The translations under genes and the position numbers were made by a program. 46,585 nt of DNA from a virus (taxonomy: Duplodnaviria; Caudoviricetes): positions 1-46,585 of IMG/VR virus record IMGVR_UViG_3300032212_000026, one strand, 5' to 3'. Every line of letters begins with the position of its first letter. Position 1 is the stretch's first letter. This document shows positions 43,767 through 46,585 of this stretch, in pieces. The notes under the pieces were generated by a model. It was not told the origin of the DNA. It saw only the letters and a list, made by a program, of their open reading frames with translations, and did not search any database.

Positions 43767-44194
43767 TCCTTGTCTATCTCACCTATGTTGTACTTGAACC
43801 CGTGTTGTCTACACCAGTCTGAATACTTAGTCTTCTTTGCCTTAGAGACGTACTGATCTCTCATGAACACAAACCGTATGTCTAAGTCAGGTCGTTGAGC
43901 CTTGAGAGCCTTGTGTTTAGTCCTGTCACTACTAAGGAACCTACCCTTTGCTTCGATGAGGATAAGCTTACCGCTCTTTGTAGTAACGAAGAAGTCAGGG
44001 GTATAAGTCCGTACTATACTGTACTCAAACTTATCGGACTCATACCCCCAGTGGAAGCCTTGTTTCTTTTGGTTCTTTCTTAACTGTTGAGCTATGGTTA
44101 CTTCGAACCCTGACCTGTACCCGTTAAGGTCCCTGCCTTTAAGCTTCCTACGTACTCGTTTCTTTTGACGAGCTTTGACTTTTCTTTTACTCAT
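43751..44194 (-). CDS. T7 gp3-like endonuclease I (Holliday junction resolvase)
   Basis: YRSGFE, YTPDF, IEAKGRF, DLDIRFVF, YSDWC..HGF. Confidence 0.9.
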   Translation of the reverse strand: MSKRKVKARQKKRVRRKLKGRDLNGYRSGFEVTIAQQLRKNQKKQGFHWGYESDKFEYSIVRTYTPDFFVTTKSGKLILIEAKGRFLSSDRTKHKALKAQRPDLDIRFVFMRDQYVSKAKKTKYSDWCRQHGFKYNIGEIDKEWLDE

Positions 44195-45029
44195 GTGACT
44201 CCGGTACTTTAGGGAGTTTAGCTACGGTTGTGAGGTACCTTGGTCCGTTACTATAGATAAACGTACGAGCTTGAGGCCAGCAAGTCTTTCTAAAGTTACA
44301 GTACCCACAACCTACTTGTAGTTTCATGTTACCACTCATACCATCAGGTACAGGTTCGTAACAAGGTTCAGGAAGTGGACCCTTTACCACCTCTTTGATC
44401 TCCTCCATCCTTTCACTGGCGTTAGGGAGTAAAGCTTTATCAACCTGGGTAACACAGATACGACCGTGTTGTTTATCGAACGCAATCCAAGCTGCTTTAC
44501 TAGGATCACAGTCATCACTAGCTTCTACGTAAGCACTGAGCTGGGTAGGATAGCCAAAGCTATGATCGTCAACAACGTTACCAGTAGTAAACTTAGAGTT
44601 ATAAGCGTACGTGGAAGCAGACTTAACATCACAGAGAACGCCATCAACCACAGCATCACGGTGACCTTTGATACCGCTAAGGTGCATAACATCTTGCTCT
44701 CCTCGTACCTCGTGCCCTGCCTCTTTACTTAGAAACAAGACCAGTTCTTCAATCAAGTGACCGTACAAAAACTTAAGGTACGTATCACCACTCATCTTAG
44801 CTTGTTCTGTACCGTGGTACTCCATCCATACTTTACGGTCTGGCTTACCTACTTGTGACATTCTTAAGGTACCCTCACCCCCGTAACTGGGAGCAAGAGC
44901 ATCTCTTAGGGAATGTTTCAAGTTGTTACAGAACTCCTCAAGGTTATCCTCGTCCACGATGTGTGGTACATCAGGGTCAAATAACCCATAGATATCTTGA
45001 GGTAAGGTTTGTAACGTTTTCTTTGTCAT
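44187..45029 (-). CDS. Cas4-like PD-(D/E)xK exonuclease
   Basis: LRMSQVGKPDR, GHRDAVVDG..CDVKSAS, C-terminal CGYCNFRKTCW; likely start MTKKTL at 45029. Confidence 0.85.
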   Translation of the reverse strand: MTKKTLQTLPQDIYGLFDPDVPHIVDEDNLEEFCNNLKHSLRDALAPSYGGEGTLRMSQVGKPDRKVWMEYHGTEQAKMSGDTYLKFLYGHLIEELVLFLSKEAGHEVRGEQDVMHLSGIKGHRDAVVDGVLCDVKSASTYAYNSKFTTGNVVDDHSFGYPTQLSAYVEASDDCDPSKAAWIAFDKQHGRICVTQVDKALLPNASERMEEIKEVVKGPLPEPCYEPVPDGMSGNMKLQVGCGYCNFRKTCWPQARTFIYSNGPRYLTTVAKLPKVPESHE

Positions 45030-45033
45030 GTGC

Positions 45034-45462
45034 TTAAGCGATCTCCACAAATCCGACTCGTTCACCTTCGGGGACTTCAACTTCTGTTACCACTTGTACA
45101 CCAGTTAGTGTAGCGTAAGTAGCGCCTGTACCTTGGTAAACAAACGTAAAGTACGATACGTTAATCGTTGAACCTCGGCCAATAACACGAGTGAACGGTT
45201 GAAGATCAGGTCCTACGTACTCAGGTACAGGGTTAAGAGCACCAGTACGTGGGTTGTGAACCTTAGAACTCATGTTAATACAAGGACTGTACTCTTTGTT
45301 TGTTTGGATTAGATGTCCAAGGTCTTGTTTCTCCAATTGTTCTACTTGCTCTGGTGTAAGAGGACCAAGAGTTACTTGATACTTAGCTGGTTCAAACCGT
45401 GTGTTAGGTTCGAGCAAGTGTGTGTACTGTACTTCTACGTTATTCATATTGTACTCAGCCAT
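45034..45462 (-). CDS. Single-stranded DNA-binding protein (gp2.5-like OB fold)
   Basis: YTHLLEPNTRF, IGRGSTINV, LTGVQVV pattern; position between polymerase and exonuclease. Alternative start at 45525. Confidence 0.7.
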   Translation of the reverse strand: MAEYNMNNVEVQYTHLLEPNTRFEPAKYQVTLGPLTPEQVEQLEKQDLGHLIQTNKEYSPCINMSSKVHNPRTGALNPVPEYVGPDLQPFTRVIGRGSTINVSYFTFVYQGTGATYATLTGVQVVTEVEVPEGERVGFVEIA

Positions 45463-45537
45463 GTTTAAATGTTCTCCTTCAAATGTTTCATTAGCTGTTT
45501 TCTTCTTTATCTTTACTTTTACCATCCTTTCACCTAT

Positions 45538-45566
45538 ATTATCTCACACTTATTTCAAAAAGTCAA
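45538..45566 (-). promoter_or_regulatory. Sigma70-type promoter TTGACT-N17-GATAAT
   Basis: Minus strand TTGACTTTTTGAAATAAGTGTGAGATAAT; shares ATAAGTGTGAGATAATATAG with the 3240-3268 promoter. Confidence 0.8.
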
Positions 45567-45776
45567 GCCATTTGTTCTACTAGTGTGACGACCATCACAT
45601 TTTGAACCGTACTTCCAATTTTCTGTAGAACTTGACCACCAATAACTTCCTCTGTCCTTTGCTATATACACTGACCCATCGTGGCTACACCCTGACTTAC
45701 TTGACTTGTTGAAACGTTTAAATCTCTGGACGTAAAGGTTAACAGGAATGCTAGTGAACATCGTTAGCTCCTCCAT
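45555..45776 (-). CDS. Hypothetical protein
   Basis: 73-aa ORF coupled (TAATG) to the polymerase stop. Confidence 0.5.
   Translation of the reverse strand: MEELTMFTSIPVNLYVQRFKRFNKSSKSGCSHDGSVYIAKDRGSYWWSSSTENWKYGSKCDGRHTSRTNGLTF
45584..45599. promoter_or_regulatory. CRP-family box TGTGA-N6-TCACA at about -61
   Basis: TGTGA CGACCA TCACA, 17 bp upstream of the -35 hexamer, the same spacing as at 3286. Confidence 0.7.
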
Positions 45777-46585
45777 TAATGTACGTCATACCAAGTCCTT
45801 CCGATCTTAGGTTTACCAGTTATCCTAGCTTTGATACCTAACTCCAACCCTGCTTGAGTAAGAGCTGCTGCTTGGTGAGATCCTGTTCGCTGTGGGTACT
45901 GATGCACGTTAGGTACTTCAACCAACCACTCATCGTGTACGAAAGCTACTTGTTTAAACGGTATGTCTATATCTTTTAGTTCCTTGTCCCATATGATATT
46001 AGCTTTAGCCATGATGATCTTCTCGTACCCTTGGAGGGCTGTAGCTAGGACAAAGTGTTCGTTAGATACCTTCATCTTTCTACCATCAGGACCTAAGACG
46101 TACCCTTGTGTAGCCATACGAGGTACCCACGTTCCTTTTAGTTCAGCTAGGGCAGGTGTACTCTTAAGAAACATATCGTACCTTTGCTTAGCTTCACCAA
46201 CTGAACACCCTAAGATCTGTGCGAGCTTAGCGATACCTGCGTTGAGTACGAACGCATAGATAAAAGTCTTAGCTGTGTCACGTGACACTCCACCAAGAGA
46301 CCTAGCATTAATACTGTGTACATCAGTTCCATCTTCTTCCTTTCCAGTTACAACTGCGTTAATATAATCAGGATCATCCATTAGGTGTGCAAGGATACGC
46401 AACTGAATAGCATCAGCATCTGTACCAACGAACACACTACCCTCTGGTGCTACGACCAACTCCCTCAATTGCTTTGCGTAAGGCGAAGAGGCTTTACCAG
46501 GGACATTAGCTAAGTTTGGGTCCTTATGACTAGACCTGTGAGTTGTCGCTCCTAGGCCCCTTACAACCCCGTGAATGCGATTGTC
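45776..46585 (-). CDS. polA: Family A DNA polymerase, C-terminal polymerase domain (continuation of 1-1141)
   Basis: Motif A GTDADAIQLR, motif B RDTAKTFIYAF, motif C FVHDEW, and IGRTWYDVH. Confidence 0.95.
   Translation of the reverse strand, partial: DNRIHGVVRGLGATTHRSSHKDPNLANVPGKASSPYAKQLRELVVAPEGSVFVGTDADAIQLRILAHLMDDPDYINAVVTGKEEDGTDVHSINARSLGGVSRDTAKTFIYAFVLNAGIAKLAQILGCSVGEAKQRYDMFLKSTPALAELKGTWVPRMATQGYVLGPDGRKMKVSNEHFVLATALQGYEKIIMAKANIIWDKELKDIDIPFKQVAFVHDEWLVEVPNVHQYPQRTGSHQAAALTQAGLELGIKARITGKPKIGRTWYDVH
46459..46585. repeat. Terminal 127-bp overlap (copy 2)
   Basis: Identical to 1-127. Confidence 0.95.

Noticed and set aside
44187-45029. Cas4-like gene as part of a CRISPR system
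   Set aside because: No array or other cas genes; it occupies the replication-exonuclease position.

Overview
The window is an apparently complete, circularly assembled lytic podovirus genome of about 46,458 bp. Bases 1-127 repeat exactly at 46459-46585, and that junction cuts the DNA polymerase gene. Gene content fits a Zobellviridae/cobavirus-like phage: family A DNA polymerase, T7 gp4-like primase-helicase, gp3-like endonuclease, Cas4-like exonuclease, SSB, class II ribonucleotide reductase, and no recognisable RNA polymerase or integrase. Two arms diverge from a roughly 1.45 kb non-coding region (10006-11474). Early and replication genes run on the minus strand; terminase, head, tail, ejection and lysis genes run on the plus strand. 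The arms converge near 37.5-38.3 kb. The early arm is the most unusual part. It carries (i) a roughly 480 nt, multi-stem, strand-specific structured leader RNA followed by RNase III-type hairpins, (ii) an Sm/Hfq-fold-like protein, and (iii) two paralogous Ser-Arg/Trp/Gly dipeptide-repeat peptides in a duplicated cassette; together these may form an RNA-protein system. Other points: CRP-type boxes at identical spacing upstream of two near-identical promoters, tandem sigma54 motifs, a polymerase with substituted steric-gate residues, an NrdJ lacking its C-terminal cysteines, an endolysin embedded antisense in the replication arm, and a fibre/lyase-like cassette between TerS and TerL. All calls come from reading motifs by eye; no database search or folding program was run.
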